Source: Podospora anserina
Taxonomy: Eukaryota
DNA: 64,000 nt
Reading direction: 5' to 3'
Assembly (NCBI GenBank): GCA_017654855.1
Contig: CM030332.1
Span: forward strand, 3,410,001 to 3,474,000
How positions within the stretch are numbered: position 1 is the first letter of the stretch; each line of letters begins with the position of its first letter. Position numbers and translations under genes: made by a program. The notes under the pieces are model-generated. The model did not search any database. It was not told where the DNA came from and saw only the letters and a list, made by a program, of their open reading frames with translations. Below, piece by piece: positions 38,146 to 50,402 of this stretch.

Positions 38146-39705
38146 TTGCTGCTGTTGTTGTCTGGTTGGGGGGATTTGACATGGTCAGGTACGGGGGATC
38201 GCATGCGGGAGGGGGTGTGCTCCCCAGAGTAGGCTTTTTGCTCACTGTGGTGTGATTTGGGCTCCGTCGACATCGGCCGGCCGTTGTTAGCGGATCCGGT
38301 CCGTTCTCTTCGAAGCTCGGCGAAATCCTGGTGTTGAACGTTTGCCGTTGTGCTAGTTGCGAGGGACGGTTGACGGACGGGGATTCGAGGGTCGCCGTTT
38401 TGACCAGCCAACACCTGTGATAGGCTGACTGTTGGGTCCTCGTCTTCGTCCTCGCTCTCGGAAGAATCTGACAGGATTGGGGGGTCTGGGATGAACAGCT
38501 CCTTGAAACTGCCTCCGGGCTGGACCAGTTCTCCAATAGTCTGGCTGTGAATGGTGCTTTGGAACTCTTCGTTGAAGTAGGTGAACCGGTAGGGTGCTTC
38601 CTCCTCGGCCTGAAACCAACCGCGGTGGACAGGCCGCAGTCTGCCGTTGATGAGCTGGGGCTCTACCATCCTCTTCACCCGGCGCTCCTCGCTACGTCCC
38701 TCCTTCTCGACTCTACTCCATTCATTCAACAGAGCAATATCTGGCCACTTGCGGCGACGTCTCCGCGCCCGCCCACGGTAACCATGAGCATCGCGAATCC
38801 CAAGCTCGTCGTCGGCAATATCAGAAAGGCCCTCTTGGGGAAAGCACACATCCTCCTCAGCCTGCAAAGCAGCAATTGTCTTCCTCCTCTCCAATGGTGA
38901 ATTGTGGAACGATTCATGGTCGTCTTCGTCATAATCCCTTCTCTGCGAATCACCGTTTTCAAGCTCGTCGCGCAGCAAAGCATCGCCGAAGCTCATATCC
39001 ATGCGGTCCAGTGGGCGCATCGGAGGCGTTCCCGGCACCGATGGCGGATAGTTGACATTATAAGTATCGTTCCCGGATCCGAGGAAGCGTCTCTTGGAAC
39101 TGCTCCTGCTCGATTCGTGACGACTGCCGGGGCCGCTTCTTCGAAGAGTAGCTTCTCCGGACCCATAGCTCGGGAATGTTTCGCCTCGTTGGAAGACAGA
39201 GCTAGATAGGAGCGGTGCTCCTTCTCCGTCTTCCTCGCTGGTGTCTCCTCTGCTCATATGCTTCAGTCTGCTACCGCCGGGCGTGGCGAGAAGGGAGCCG
39301 CTCGCTGTCATCATAGACGGACGTCGGGGTCGGATGAAGGATTTATGTTCTCTATATTTGTGCAATGTTAGTGATGTCCACTGCGCAATGAGTAGTGCAA
39401 GAAAAGGGATCGGCGCACCTGTGATCTAACAAAGCATCGCTGTCGAGGCTTGTGTTGCTCGCATTACGACCAGGCCTGGAGTAGAATCCTTCACGGCCAG
39501 TGCCCATATCCTCAGGCCTATCGAGTCCGGACTCGACGTCATCGGGAGTAAGGCCGGCGAATGACTTTCTTCTAGTCTGCTTCTTCTTCTTGCCGCCCCT
39601 GTGATTCTTTCTCTTGCGTGGCGCGTGTGCCGAAGTTGAAGGCGCATTTGGTTCCATTGTGGAGGCTTCGTCGACGATGTTTCTTGTCCTTGAGGACTGG
39701 GACAT
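36938..39705 (-). CDS. MNR2: CorA-family Mg2+ transporter (Mnr2-like)
   Basis: WWLD...FGIHPLTAEDI...REKVELF, LYLGDIQDH, GTIVLPMNIITGLWGMNV (GMN motif). Introns 39352-39418 and 37215-37272. Start could be 39705 or 39657. Confidence 0.9.
38072..38160. repeat. (GTT/AAC)n microsatellite encoding poly-Asn in the CorA gene
   Basis: About 30 triplets, interrupted by GCT. Confidence 0.95.
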
Positions 39706-41285
39706 GCGCTGAGGGCTGATGGATGCTTGGAGGCGTCGTGCGGCGGCAGCCTATAGCGGTGGATTCGATTGAGCTTAGAACATGAGAGGGCTGTGCCAAT
39801 CGCGAGCGCCTCGTGGAGCGATAACGGGGTCAATCGGGATGGCGTTGTTAGAGGGTAGGTGTGTGAATAAGGATAAGTATCACACGACCGGTGGATGATA
39901 ACTGTGATTTGCTGTTCTTGTTCTCCCGGCGTGGGAAAGAGGATGACGTGAATGGCACCGGAGGCGCAGGGAGAAGATGCGAAAGCAGGGGTCTGTCTCG
40001 GCAAGCCCTGGAGCTCCGTCTTGAAGATGATTGGCGCCACGTGCAGCCGGTCGAAAGAGACTTAGGTTTTCAAAGCGCAGACAATGGTTCGAGTATTTGT
40101 GTTCACTCTCTCTCTCTCCGACACGATGGTTCAAGAAATAAAATCTAGGAATCGTGTAGCTTCAAATCCGAATGGGAAAAAAATAATTTCGCCGGCCGTT
40201 GGGTAACGCTTGTCCCAGGTCCCTGGTGATGTCAACGGGAGAGGGGGGAGCCGTCTGGTGGAACCCTACTTACTAAAAGCGGGCTGAGGATCATGGCTCC
40301 AGCATCTGCTTTTGGGTCGAGCTTCACTCCATGCATACATACTATGTGTCAAGCTGGAAGCTTGGATTGATTCAGATGCTTGGCTCACTTGATGGTGACC
40401 ACTTTTTATTTCTCTCGTCTCGGTGCATTCCGGGTAGGTGGGTGGTCATCACCATAGCTGCGAGGACTTTGATCCAGCGAAACTAGACCCGGGCAACCTA
40501 CCATCTTCAATCACTTATACTAGTTAAATAGATATATACGTGCAGACACAACTATCAGCGCCCCGGCTCCACTATTTCAATATCTTGCCTCACCACATAT
40601 CACTGCGATACCTGAAAACTCAAATCACTTTCTCAAGATCATGGCCTCTGCCCAGACGGGTGGCTAAGATGAAGGTCCAGTGGCTAGGTTTTGGCAAGTG
40701 GCTTGTGTTGAAAATGGCCTGTGCATCCTGAACTTCCGGGTTACCCATGCCAAGCCCATCCTAACCGCAAACAACATCTGAAGATGGGGTCGCCCCAGTG
40801 TTCACCATGACAACGTCAGATCGGCTCCGGGGAAGGGAGACTCTGGGATGAAAGAATATGAAGGATTTTCCGGAGTGACCATGGCGGACGCAGGAACGGA
40901 GATCTCCTGGGCCTCAGACAGCAATTGCAGCGTTGAACCCGGTATATCTGAACCCTGATCAACAGATGAAGAGAAAAGCTCGCACGGCCCTTTCCTAACC
41001 CCGGCCAACCCGCTGGCCCCCAAACTGACAAGTGCTTGCGTTGCTCACCGACGTCATTATCGCTGGCTCTCCCACCAAAGACACCGTCGCATACCTTATA
41101 AACGCAAGCTTGTTCCGGCTCGGCCTACACGCACCTTTGTCTCGTGAAACTGAACACCTACCTCCACTTCTCACTTTCAGTATCGATTACCTGAACCCGA
41201 ACAATCAAACCGACCCGTCGTCCACCCGCTGTTGGGTGCTACACTCTCACCACCACAACACACCAACACCGCACCTCGATTCACC

Positions 41286-42660
41286 ATGCATCGAACGTAC
41301 TCCATGCGCGCCACGAGGGCGCCCACCGCCTCGCAAATCCAGGTACCACCCGCCCAGCACACCACACCTCTCGTGACACTGAACCCCTCGCTGACATGGC
41401 CTCTCGCAACCAGAACCCACCCCCGCCGCCGTCGACGACCAAGTCTGGTCGTTTCTTCAAAGGAGGACTCGGTGAGCATTGCGCCCTTTCTTTTCTCTTC
41501 TCGGGACCATTTTTCCTTTGTAAATCCGTCTGGGAACTCACAATTTTTTTTGTTGGTGTTAACAGGAGCACTAGGGCATGCTCTCAGGGGCAAGACGGCC
41601 GGCGCCTTCGGGCCCGACCTCGCCAAGAAGCTGGCACAGCTGGTCAAGATGGAGAAGAATGTCATGAGAAGTTTGGAGTTGGTCGCAAAGGAGCGCATGG
41701 AAGTAGCTGTAAGTTTTGCTCTTGAGACTCCAGCGCGAGAATCTGGCTGACGAGGTGTCACACAGCAACAACTCTCCATTTGGGGCGAGGCCTGCGACGA
41801 AGACGTTTCGGATGTCACGGACAAGCTGGGAGTGCTGCTCTACGAAATCGGCGAGCTCGAGGATCAATATGTCGACCGATACGACCAGTACCGCGTCACC
41901 ATGAAGAGTATTAGGAATATTGAGGCTTCGGTGCAGCCCAGCAGAGACAGTCAGTCTTTTCGTTCTCTTTCCGAAGCACGGCATGTGTTAACACCAGACA
42001 GGAAAGCAAAAAATCACCGATCAAATCGCCCAGCTCAAGTACAAAGAACCCAACTCCCCCAGAATAGTCGTCCTCGAGCAGGAACTCGTCCGTGCCGAGG
42101 CAGAGTCCCTCGTTGCCGAAGCCCAGCTCTCCAACATCACCCGCGAGAAGATCAAGGCCGCCTACACCTACCAATTCGACGCCCTGCGCGAACACTGCGA
42201 AAAGGTGGCCATCATCGCCGGCTACGGAAAGCATCTGCTCGAACTCATCGACGACACCCCCGTCACACCAGGTGAAACCCGCGCTGCGTACGACGGCTAC
42301 GAGGCTAGCAAGGCCATTATCCAAGACTGCGAGGACGCGCTCACCAACTGGGTCACGCAAAAGGCGGCCGTGTCTGCTAAGCTCTCCACTCGCGCCCGGA
42401 CTCTCTCGACCAGACGCAGGAACAACATCAAGGCACGCAGTGAGGGCTTGGACCTGTCGGGTCAGGATGCGCCGCTTAATGATCAGGATGGATGGGTTCC
42501 TGCGGGACATCACCAACATCATAAAGATGAGTATAGTGAGGACGAGGACGAGGACGAGGATGAGTTGGAGGGGAGGACGAGTCATTCGGTGCTGGGGAGT
42601 GAGGCGGGGTTGAACGGAGGGGAGACAAGGGGACGAAGCCAAGAGGCGGTTGTTGCTTAG
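41286..42660 (+). CDS. PIL1: Eisosome BAR-domain protein Pil1/Lsp1
   Basis: MHRTYSMRATRAPTASQIQ/NPPPPPSTTKSGRFF, AFGPDLAKKLAQLVKMEK, EASVQPSRD, LEQELVRAEAESLVAEAQLSNITR. Four introns (e.g. 41343-41413, 41950-42001). PIL1 vs LSP1 paralog not resolvable. Confidence 0.92.
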
Positions 42661-43057
42661 GAGAAGGACCACAACTAGCGTTGGGGGAGGAGAGAAGGAC
42701 GGGATGGGTGAGAAGCTTGGGGTTGAGCGGTGGCTGTGATGGTGGCGGGTTTGGCCGAGGTGTGAAAGGGAAATCGACCGTAATTGGTAATGATTTGAGT
42801 GAGATGGAGGACAAACAATGATGGGGTTTCCTAAGGATTTGGTGTGAGAGCAAGTTGTTGTTTCTCTTTTTCTTCTCAGGGGTGTGTGTGTGTGTGTAGT
42901 TTTAGCGTCGATTCCCTTTGCGGCACGAATTCTTGTTTTGAATGACTGATGGGTAGTTGGTTAATATGAACATCTTTTTTTTCATTTTTTTTTCATCATC
43001 GTTATTATGAATCATGTGATTTCGGCAGGTACGCTAAGTAAAGGTAAGGTAAAGTAG

Positions 43058-43087
43058 CTAACTAATTTCTACCTTGCGTGTTGTTGT

Positions 43088-43130
<43 letters not shown>

Positions 43131-43627
43131 GACTGTTGCTGCTGTTTGCGCTCTGTGGCCTTGAGTTGACTGGCGAACTCTTCGACTTCGATCTTTGTGA
43201 TGTATTGGCCTGGTACGACGACTAGACCTAGGTAGCGGGATGTCATGTCCATGACCACTTTTTTGGACTGGGGGTCTGAGCTTGCGGCTGCGGCGGCGGC
43301 TGATTGGAGTTGGGTGAGGGGGCGGTATTCGTAGGTGTGTTGGAGGACGAGGTTGCAGTCCTGTTGAGGGGAGGAGGGGAAGGTTAGATTCTTAGGGAAG
43401 ATACAGATTCATGGTTGAGATGTCATGAATGGGTAGGTAGTGTATGAGATGACGATGTGTGTGCGGGTGGGGTGTGTATGGGAGCTTACAGAATCAGTAC
43501 ACTTGAAGCTCCCCCAAAACATCCTCCCGTCCGTGGTGCCCACCCTGAGGTTCTTGTTTAGGAGCGTCTGCAGGAAGTCGGTGGCCTCGGGCTTGGAGGA
43601 GGGGGTGGGGAGAGCGTCGTAGTTCAT
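43058..43627 (-). CDS. MAK31: LSm-domain protein, NatC auxiliary subunit (Mak31/Naa38-like), with poly-Q tail
   Basis: LLNKNLRVGTTDGRMFWGSFKCTD / intron 43361-43489 / DCNLVLQHTYEYR...RYLGLVVVPGQYITKIEVE. Confidence 0.82.
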
Positions 43628-44496
43628 TATCGCTTGTGAGCGGCCGCGGTGGTTGTTTCGGGAGAGGGGGAAGAGGGGGGGTTGCATAACTTGAATGAGA
43701 ATGAAGAGAGAGAGAGAGGGAGAGAGGGAGAGAGGGGGAGAGGGAGAGAGAGAGAGAGAGAGAGAGCTGGCAGCGTGGTGGGTATGGTATGGAGGGGACG
43801 TGTAACCGAGCTGCTGCTTGATTTCAATCGCTTGTTTCTGGTGGGAATGGGTGGATTTGATGCGTGAGAGTGGAGGGTGGATGAGACAGGATAGGTAGGT
43901 AATTGCTGCGCGAGGTGGAGGGGTGAGCCCGTTGGGTTGGGACGAGATGGAAGTTACCCAAAGATGGGGGGATCCACTTTTAGGGCAGGAGATTAAAAGT
44001 ATCAAGTGGGAATCGTAGGAGATGGCGAAGTATGAGGTTTACAGTTCAGCAGGGTAGCTCTCATGAAAAGAGACTCGTACTACCTTGGATATACTATACA
44101 AACCTTTTCACCTAAGCGCAGTGAGGTCAGCACAAGCAGGGAAAGTTCACAAGGACCTTGTTCGTCGTTGCTTATCCGCACAGTGCACCCCGGAGAATAT
44201 CAACCAATAGATTAGCCTAGATAAGACCAGATGGCAGGCAGCCGAGCAGGGATGTTGCGTATCGCAGTCATCCGTCATAGAAGGTAAGGTGACTTCCAAC
44301 ATTTCACTTCTCGCGATCAGCAACTCTGGTTTGACTTGTTTACCTCTTCCAACTCCCATGACGCGCCTTCGTCTACTTGATACTTTTGGAGACAAGGAAG
44401 CTCTCCCATGATACGCTCTTTCCGTTCTGGGTGATCCGCCCAAGGAGCCCTCTCTTCTCGACTTGACAAGCGTGATACCCTTGGTCCCAGCCCACC

Positions 44497-47400
44497 ATGG
44501 GTGTTCAAGGCCTCTGGACCGTCGTGCAGCCATGCGCCCGCCCGACAAACCTCGCGACGCTTAACCGGAAGCGACTCGCTGTCGATGCCTCAATTTGGAT
44601 CTACCAGTTTCTCAAAGCTGTCCGCGACAAGGAAGGGAATGCGTTGCGAAACAGTCACATTGTGGGCTTCTTTCGACGGTTGTGTAAGCTGTTGTGGTAT
44701 GGAGTCAAGCCGGTGTTTGTGTTTGACGGCGGGGCACCGGCTTTGAAAAGAGCGACTTTGCAGGGGAGAAGGAGGAGACGGGAAGGGCGAAGAGAGGATG
44801 CTGCGCGCACGGCGGGGAAGCTGCTCGCTGTGCAGATGCACAGGCTGGCGGAAGAGGAGGAGGAAAAGAGGCAGAGGAGGATGGCGGGTGCGGATGATGA
44901 AGAGCAGGAGGAGCTGCCGAGTATGGAGAATATTGTCTATGCGGACGAGCTGGGGCTTTCTAAGCAGGAGCGCCAGAGGAATCGCAAGTTTCACAAGCAG
45001 GATGCGTATCATCTCCCGGAGTTGCAGAACGGGATAGAGGCTATGGGGAAGCCGGACGATCCGAGGATCATGAGCGTGGAGGAGCTGGAGGAGTATGCGA
45101 GGCAGTTCAACAGTGGGGAGAACATCAATCTTTATGACTTTAGCAAGATTGACTTTGATGGGGAGTTCTTCAAGAGCTTGCCGCCGGCTGACAGATACAA
45201 TATTCTGAATGCGGCTAGGTTACGAAGTAGGCTGAGAATGGGCCTCAGCAAGGAGCAGTTGGACGTGATGTTTCCCGACCGGATGGCCTTCTCGAGATTC
45301 CAGATTGAGAGGGTCAAGGAGAGAAACTATCTCACCCAGCGGCTCATGCTTGAGATGGGCATGACGAGCACTGACATGACTGTCAACGCCAGCCGCGTTG
45401 CTGGCGACCGAAACCGCGAGTACATCTTGGTCAAGAATGAAGGCGCCGAGGGTGGCTGGGCTCTTGGTGTTGTCACGAGGGACAAAGACAAGGGCAAAGC
45501 CCATAAGCCTATCGACGTCGATGCCTTGGACTTTCAGTATCAAAATCCGGACGACGAAGACGAGTGGGAAGACGAGGAGTTTGAAGACGTTCCTATCGAA
45601 GGTCTCAACCGTCTCCCCAAGATCACGAGCCGTGCTGCCTACGAACGAGCTCAAAACTTTGGCTCTGTACGACAACAGCTCTACAACTCCCTGCAGGGTG
45701 ATGAATACGAAGAAGACGACGACGAAGCTCTATTCGTCAATGATGGTGAGGTGATGGCGGCCGAGGATGAAGAGCTCAACCGAGCTATTGCACTGTCACT
45801 GGAACAAAACCATGGTGTGAGCAAGGAGAAGGAAGACGAAGACGAGGATGAAGAGTTTGAAGACGTGCCCGCGCCCACGTGGACTCAGAGAGCGGCTCCG
45901 GAAGTATCGAGACCAATCGCAAGTACCAGCGGGACCATGATTGCGCATATTGTAAACAACAGAGCGAATGCTGCTGTGAAGAAACCCCAGGAAAAAGACG
46001 ACAGCGACAGTGATAGCGATGGAGATTTGCACACGGCGCTGGCGGCGGCGAGAAAGAAGCAGCCAAAGCCAAAGCCTGTCCAAAAATCAAATGTCAAGAA
46101 CTCATTCGACGGCCCCCTTCCATTCGAGAAACTTGACTGGCGAAGCGCGTTTGGGGGGTCGAAGCCTTCCGCTCCAGCGCCAAAGCCTACAGCTGCTGTC
46201 GAGACAACAGAGAAGCCTCGGCAAGTAGAGACTGGTGATCTGGAAGCGGAATCCGACGAGGAGGCTGGAGGGTTCATCAAAGAACCGAGCGAGACTGCCA
46301 AGGCTGAAAAGCCCGTCGTATCTGAAAAAAAGGATGACGATGAGCCTCTCCCACTACCACCATGGCTTACGGACAATACGGATATCACAGAGCATGTCCG
46401 ACGTCAGCAGCAAATCGAAAACCAACAGAATGCCGAGGATGAGGAGCTGGCACAGTTCCATCAGCTCCAAAGGCGGAAAGAACAATATGTGGAAATCGAG
46501 TCCTCGAGTGACGATGACAGCGATATCGAGATTCTGGATGCACCACCCGAATCCATAGTTCAGACGCTGCTCCGTGCCAGGTCTCCACCGGGGAGACCAG
46601 GCGCCAGCTTGCCTTCATTGCAAGATGACCTTGACAAAAAGACAGCCTCGAATGATGCGGAACAACATCCAGCAGCAGCCACAACACCTCCTCCAGCAGA
46701 AGAGTTTGAAAGCAGCGAGAGCCCCATGGAGCTGGATGCTGTCGGGAAGCAGCCTTCAGAGACCGCCCCTCCTGCTTCGGCTCCTCAAGAGTCTGAAGAC
46801 GAGGATGTGGAGTTTGAAGACGTGGTCGTTCCTTCAGCGGGAGAGCCATCTGCCACCCCATCAGCTATCGCCATCGACGATACCGAGGCCTTTTTGGAAA
46901 GCGGTGATGAGGAGGCTCCCGATCTCCCGCCTTCAGAACAGCCCAGAATCGAGGGGCTGGCCTCTCCTATCGACTCGGACGAGATCTTCACCCGGGATGA
47001 CTCCCCAGAATACGACGAGTTCTACGACCCCGAAGAAGAAGAACTCCTCGCCCAAATGGCCGAAGAAGCGGAGGAACACGCCCGGTTCGCCAGCCAACTA
47101 AACAACAAAACCCAACGCGAGAACCAAGAAGCCTACGAGCAGGAACTCCGCGCCCTCCGCACCCAGCAAAAGAAAGACCGTCGCGACGCAGACGAAGTCA
47201 CCCAGGTCATGGTAACAGAATGCCAAGCCCTCCTCCGCCTCTTTGGTGTCCCATACATCACGGCACCGATGGAAGCAGAAGCCCAATGCGCCGAACTGGT
47301 GCGCCTCAATCTCGTCGACGGGATCGTCACCGACGACTCGGACACCTTCCTTTTTGGCGGCACCCGAGTATACAAGAACATGTTCAACAGCAACAAGTTT

Positions 47401-48339
47401 GTCGAGTGCTACCTCCTTCGTGACCTGGAAGACGAGCTCGAGCTTTCGAGAGAGCAGCTTATTGCACTGGCGCAGCTCCTAGGGTCAGATTACACCGAGG
47501 GCATCCCGGGTATCGGTCCCGTCACGGCCGTTGAGATCCTATCTGAATTCCCAGGTCGGGAGGGTCTCTCCGATTTCAAGACGTGGTGGGAGGACGTCCA
47601 AAGCGGGAAACGCCCCAAGGAGGCGGATGCTTCTTCCCCCTTTCGCAGAAAATTCAGAAAGGGTCAGGCTACCAAGTTGTTTCTCCCGTTGGGGTTCCCT
47701 TCACCGGCGGTGTTTGACGCTTATTTGCATCCAGAGGTGGATTCCTCCCAGGAGCAGTTTCAATGGGGGGTGCCGGATCTGGAAGGGTTGAGACAGTTTC
47801 TGATGAGCACGATTGGGTGGAGCAAGGAGAGGACGGATGAGGTGCTTGTGCCGGTGATAAGGGATGTGAATAGACGGGAGGCGGAAGGGACGCAGGCGAA
47901 TATTACGAGGTATTTTGAGGGGGGTGTCGGGAGCGGGACGCAGAGGGAGGCGTTCGCGCCGAGGAGGGTGGGAAGGGGTGGGGGGGGGAGTAAGAGGATG
48001 GCGGAGGCGGTGGGGAGGTTGAAGGCTAGGAGGAGGGCGGGGGACGGTGGGGGATTGTCGATGGAGATGCCGGTTGCTATTCCTGCGGAGAAGGGGAAGG
48101 GGAAGGGGAAGGCGAGGAAGAGGAAGGCGAGGGAGGCGGAGATCGTTGAGGAAGAAGAGGTTGTGGGTGAAGAGGATGAGGTGGTGCGGGAGGATGAAGA
48201 GGTCGATGATGATGATGATGATGATGATGATGTTGTTGTTGTTGTGGTCGCTGGCAGGAGTAAAGGAGGCAAAGAGGAGGGGAAAGCGACTGCTGGTAAA
48301 GGGAGGGGACGTGGTCGAGGGAAGCGATCCAAGGCATAG
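44497..48339 (+). CDS. RAD2: XPG/Rad2 nucleotide excision repair endonuclease
   Basis: XPG-N (MGVQGLW...LAVDASIW...PVFVFDG), UIM-like EELNRAIALSL, XPG-I (PYITAPMEAEAQCA...TDDSD...LLGSDYTEGIPGIGPVTA); single 1280-aa ORF. Confidence 0.97.
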   Translation: MGVQGLWTVVQPCARPTNLATLNRKRLAVDASIWIYQFLKAVRDKEGNALRNSHIVGFFRRLCKLLWYGVKPVFVFDGGAPALKRATLQGRRRRREGRREDAARTAGKLLAVQMHRLAEEEEEKRQRRMAGADDEEQEELPSMENIVYADELGLSKQERQRNRKFHKQDAYHLPELQNGIEAMGKPDDPRIMSVEELEEYARQFNSGENINLYDFSKIDFDGEFFKSLPPADRYNILNAARLRSRLRMGLSKEQLDVMFPDRMAFSRFQIERVKERNYLTQRLMLEMGMTSTDMTVNASRVAGDRNREYILVKNEGAEGGWALGVVTRDKDKGKAHKPIDVDALDFQYQNPDDEDEWEDEEFEDVPIEGLNRLPKITSRAAYERAQNFGSVRQQLYNSLQGDEYEEDDDEALFVNDGEVMAAEDEELNRAIALSLEQNHGVSKEKEDEDEDEEFEDVPAPTWTQRAAPEVSRPIASTSGTMIAHIVNNRANAAVKKPQEKDDSDSDSDGDLHTALAAARKKQPKPKPVQKSNVKNSFDGPLPFEKLDWRSAFGGSKPSAPAPKPTAAVETTEKPRQVETGDLEAESDEEAGGFIKEPSETAKAEKPVVSEKKDDDEPLPLPPWLTDNTDITEHVRRQQQIENQQNAEDEELAQFHQLQRRKEQYVEIESSSDDDSDIEILDAPPESIVQTLLRARSPPGRPGASLPSLQDDLDKKTASNDAEQHPAAATTPPPAEEFESSESPMELDAVGKQPSETAPPASAPQESEDEDVEFEDVVVPSAGEPSATPSAIAIDDTEAFLESGDEEAPDLPPSEQPRIEGLASPIDSDEIFTRDDSPEYDEFYDPEEEELLAQMAEEAEEHARFASQLNNKTQRENQEAYEQELRALRTQQKKDRRDADEVTQVMVTECQALLRLFGVPYITAPMEAEAQCAELVRLNLVDGIVTDDSDTFLFGGTRVYKNMFNSNKFVECYLLRDLEDELELSREQLIALAQLLGSDYTEGIPGIGPVTAVEILSEFPGREGLSDFKTWWEDVQSGKRPKEADASSPFRRKFRKGQATKLFLPLGFPSPAVFDAYLHPEVDSSQEQFQWGVPDLEGLRQFLMSTIGWSKERTDEVLVPVIRDVNRREAEGTQANITRYFEGGVGSGTQREAFAPRRVGRGGGGSKRMAEAVGRLKARRRAGDGGGLSMEMPVAIPAEKGKGKGKARKRKAREAEIVEEEEVVGEEDEVVREDEEVDDDDDDDDDVVVVVVAGRSKGGKEEGKATAGKGRGRGRGKRSKA

Positions 48340-48921
48340 CCTGACAGACGTTGTCATAGGATATTGTACAAATATGATGAGTCAATTGAAAAATAAAATT
48401 GAAAAATAAAATAAAATAAAAAAGAAGTGCAAAAAACAACCCCCTGGAATCGAACCGCATGCGAAGGGCAGGTGTCAGCGTCAAAATCCCCAAACTCCTC
48501 CTCTCCCACGATCATGAAAATGAAACCTGGACAAGGAAGATGTCTCCTTTTCCGCCAGGTTATCAAACCCCCACTCGGGTAATGACCATGGAGCGGATTT
48601 TACCTCTGACAAAAGAGACACGGAGGGAGAGGGTGATGGGGTTGTGGTTGTTGGATTTTGGGCAGCGTAAAATGGTGGAGTCGGAGGCGGTGCTGAAGGA
48701 GATGGGGGATGGAGGGGAGGTATGATGTTGAGGTGTTTATGAGGAGTTATGAGGAGTATGCGGAGGACTTTTTGTAGATGGCTTATCTTTTGAGCATTGT
48801 TGTGGGCTTCAAGTTGGAAGTTTACTTGGGAACAAGAACGGGCTAAAAATCCTGTCAATCATATGATGGACAGGCGGTGCGAACTTTTTGAGCACACATC
48901 TCTCCATACCTCGATTGTATG

Positions 48922-48958
<37 letters not shown>

Positions 48959-49049
48959 CTGACTCTATTCTCTAATCTTGCTCCGTCTCCGTTTCTTCTA
49001 CCTCTTCTCACCTTCTAACCCCCTCACCCCCCTCACCCCCCTCACCCCC

Positions 49050-50402
49050 TCACAACTTCCCCTGCTCCACCTTCTTCTTCTTGGGAAAAGGCGCCCTAGA
49101 ATACTGCAACGGCAACCTAACCCCCACCCCAAGCTCGCTCGCCACCTTGGGCACAAACTCTGGCTCCCTCAAATACTGCCTCGCAACCAGCACCAAATCC
49201 GCCTTGGCCTTGGTCCCGTGTTCACCATCCACCTCTACCGTCCCATCACTCTCCACCACATCCTTGGCCATTTCGGCGTTGGTAATCATGCCCACCGCTC
49301 CGATGAGCATCTTCTTGCCCTCTTTCCTGAGATGCTCCCTAATCTCGCTCGCCAAATCAACTTGATAGTACGGGTGCACTTCAATCTTCTGGGCAGGGTT
49401 GTTGCCGCCAGAGGAAACATCCAACAGATCAACGCCCAGGTCAGCAACGAGGGAGGCAATCTTTTTGGATTCGCCAAGGTCGAGGGAAGGTTGGCCAAGG
49501 TGGGACATCCACTCCGTCGCTGAGATGCGAAGGAAGAGGGGCATGGATTCTGGGATGACGGAGCGGACGGCGGTGATGATCTCCACCAAGAGACGGACGC
49601 GGTTCTCAAAGGGGAGGCCGCCGTACTGGTCGGTTCTTTGCTTTGGGCGGTGTTAGTACAGTTCCAGACCGGAAAAGACAGAGGAGGGTTGACTTGCATT
49701 TGTGATTGGGGACAAGAATTCAGTGAGGAGGTATCCGTGAGCACCATGAATCTCAATGAGGTCAACACCGGCCTCCACCGCCCGCCTAGCAGCGTCCTTC
49801 CAGCTCCGAACAAACCCCCTGATTTGCTCCAACGTCATCTCCTTTGGCGTGGGGAACCCCTCCGCCCAGGGGATGGGGCTGGGAGCCCAAAGATTATCCG
49901 GCCATCCGCCCAGTTCTTCGGTAGCCACCTCCTTCCCTAGGGTGCGATAATGCCACGGGGCCAAGGTAGACGCTTTGCGCCCGGCGTGGGCGAGTTGGAT
50001 CCCTACTTTTTGTCCCTGGGAGTGGATGAAATCTGTCACGCGCTTGATGGGGGCAATCTGGGAGTCTTGCCAGAGGCCCGAGTCTTCCGGGGAGATGCGG
50101 CCGTTGGGGGTCACGGCGGTGGCTTCGATGATGGTGAGGGGGGTGCCGTGGAGGGCGTACTGCCCCAGGTGGACAAGGTGGAAGTCGGTCAGGTGGCCGT
50201 TGGAGGCCGAGTACATGCACATGGGGGAGACGGCGAAGCGGTTTTGGAGGGTGAGGCCGCGGATGGTGAGGGGGGTGAAGACGGTTGGGACGGGGGTGGC
50301 ATCATTCATGAGGGCGGTGCCGGCTGGGGGGTCTTGGGCGGGTGTGTAGAAGGGGACGCCGGGGGCAGGGGCGCTGGCGGTGGGGAGTTTTGAGACTGTC
50401 AT
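49050..50402 (-). CDS. NADH:flavin oxidoreductase / old yellow enzyme (YqjM-like)
   Basis: NRFAVSPMCMYS, IQLAHAGRKAS, EIHGAHGYLLTEFLSP, then NQRTDQYGG...ENR after a GC-AG intron at 49641-49697. Confidence 0.93.
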
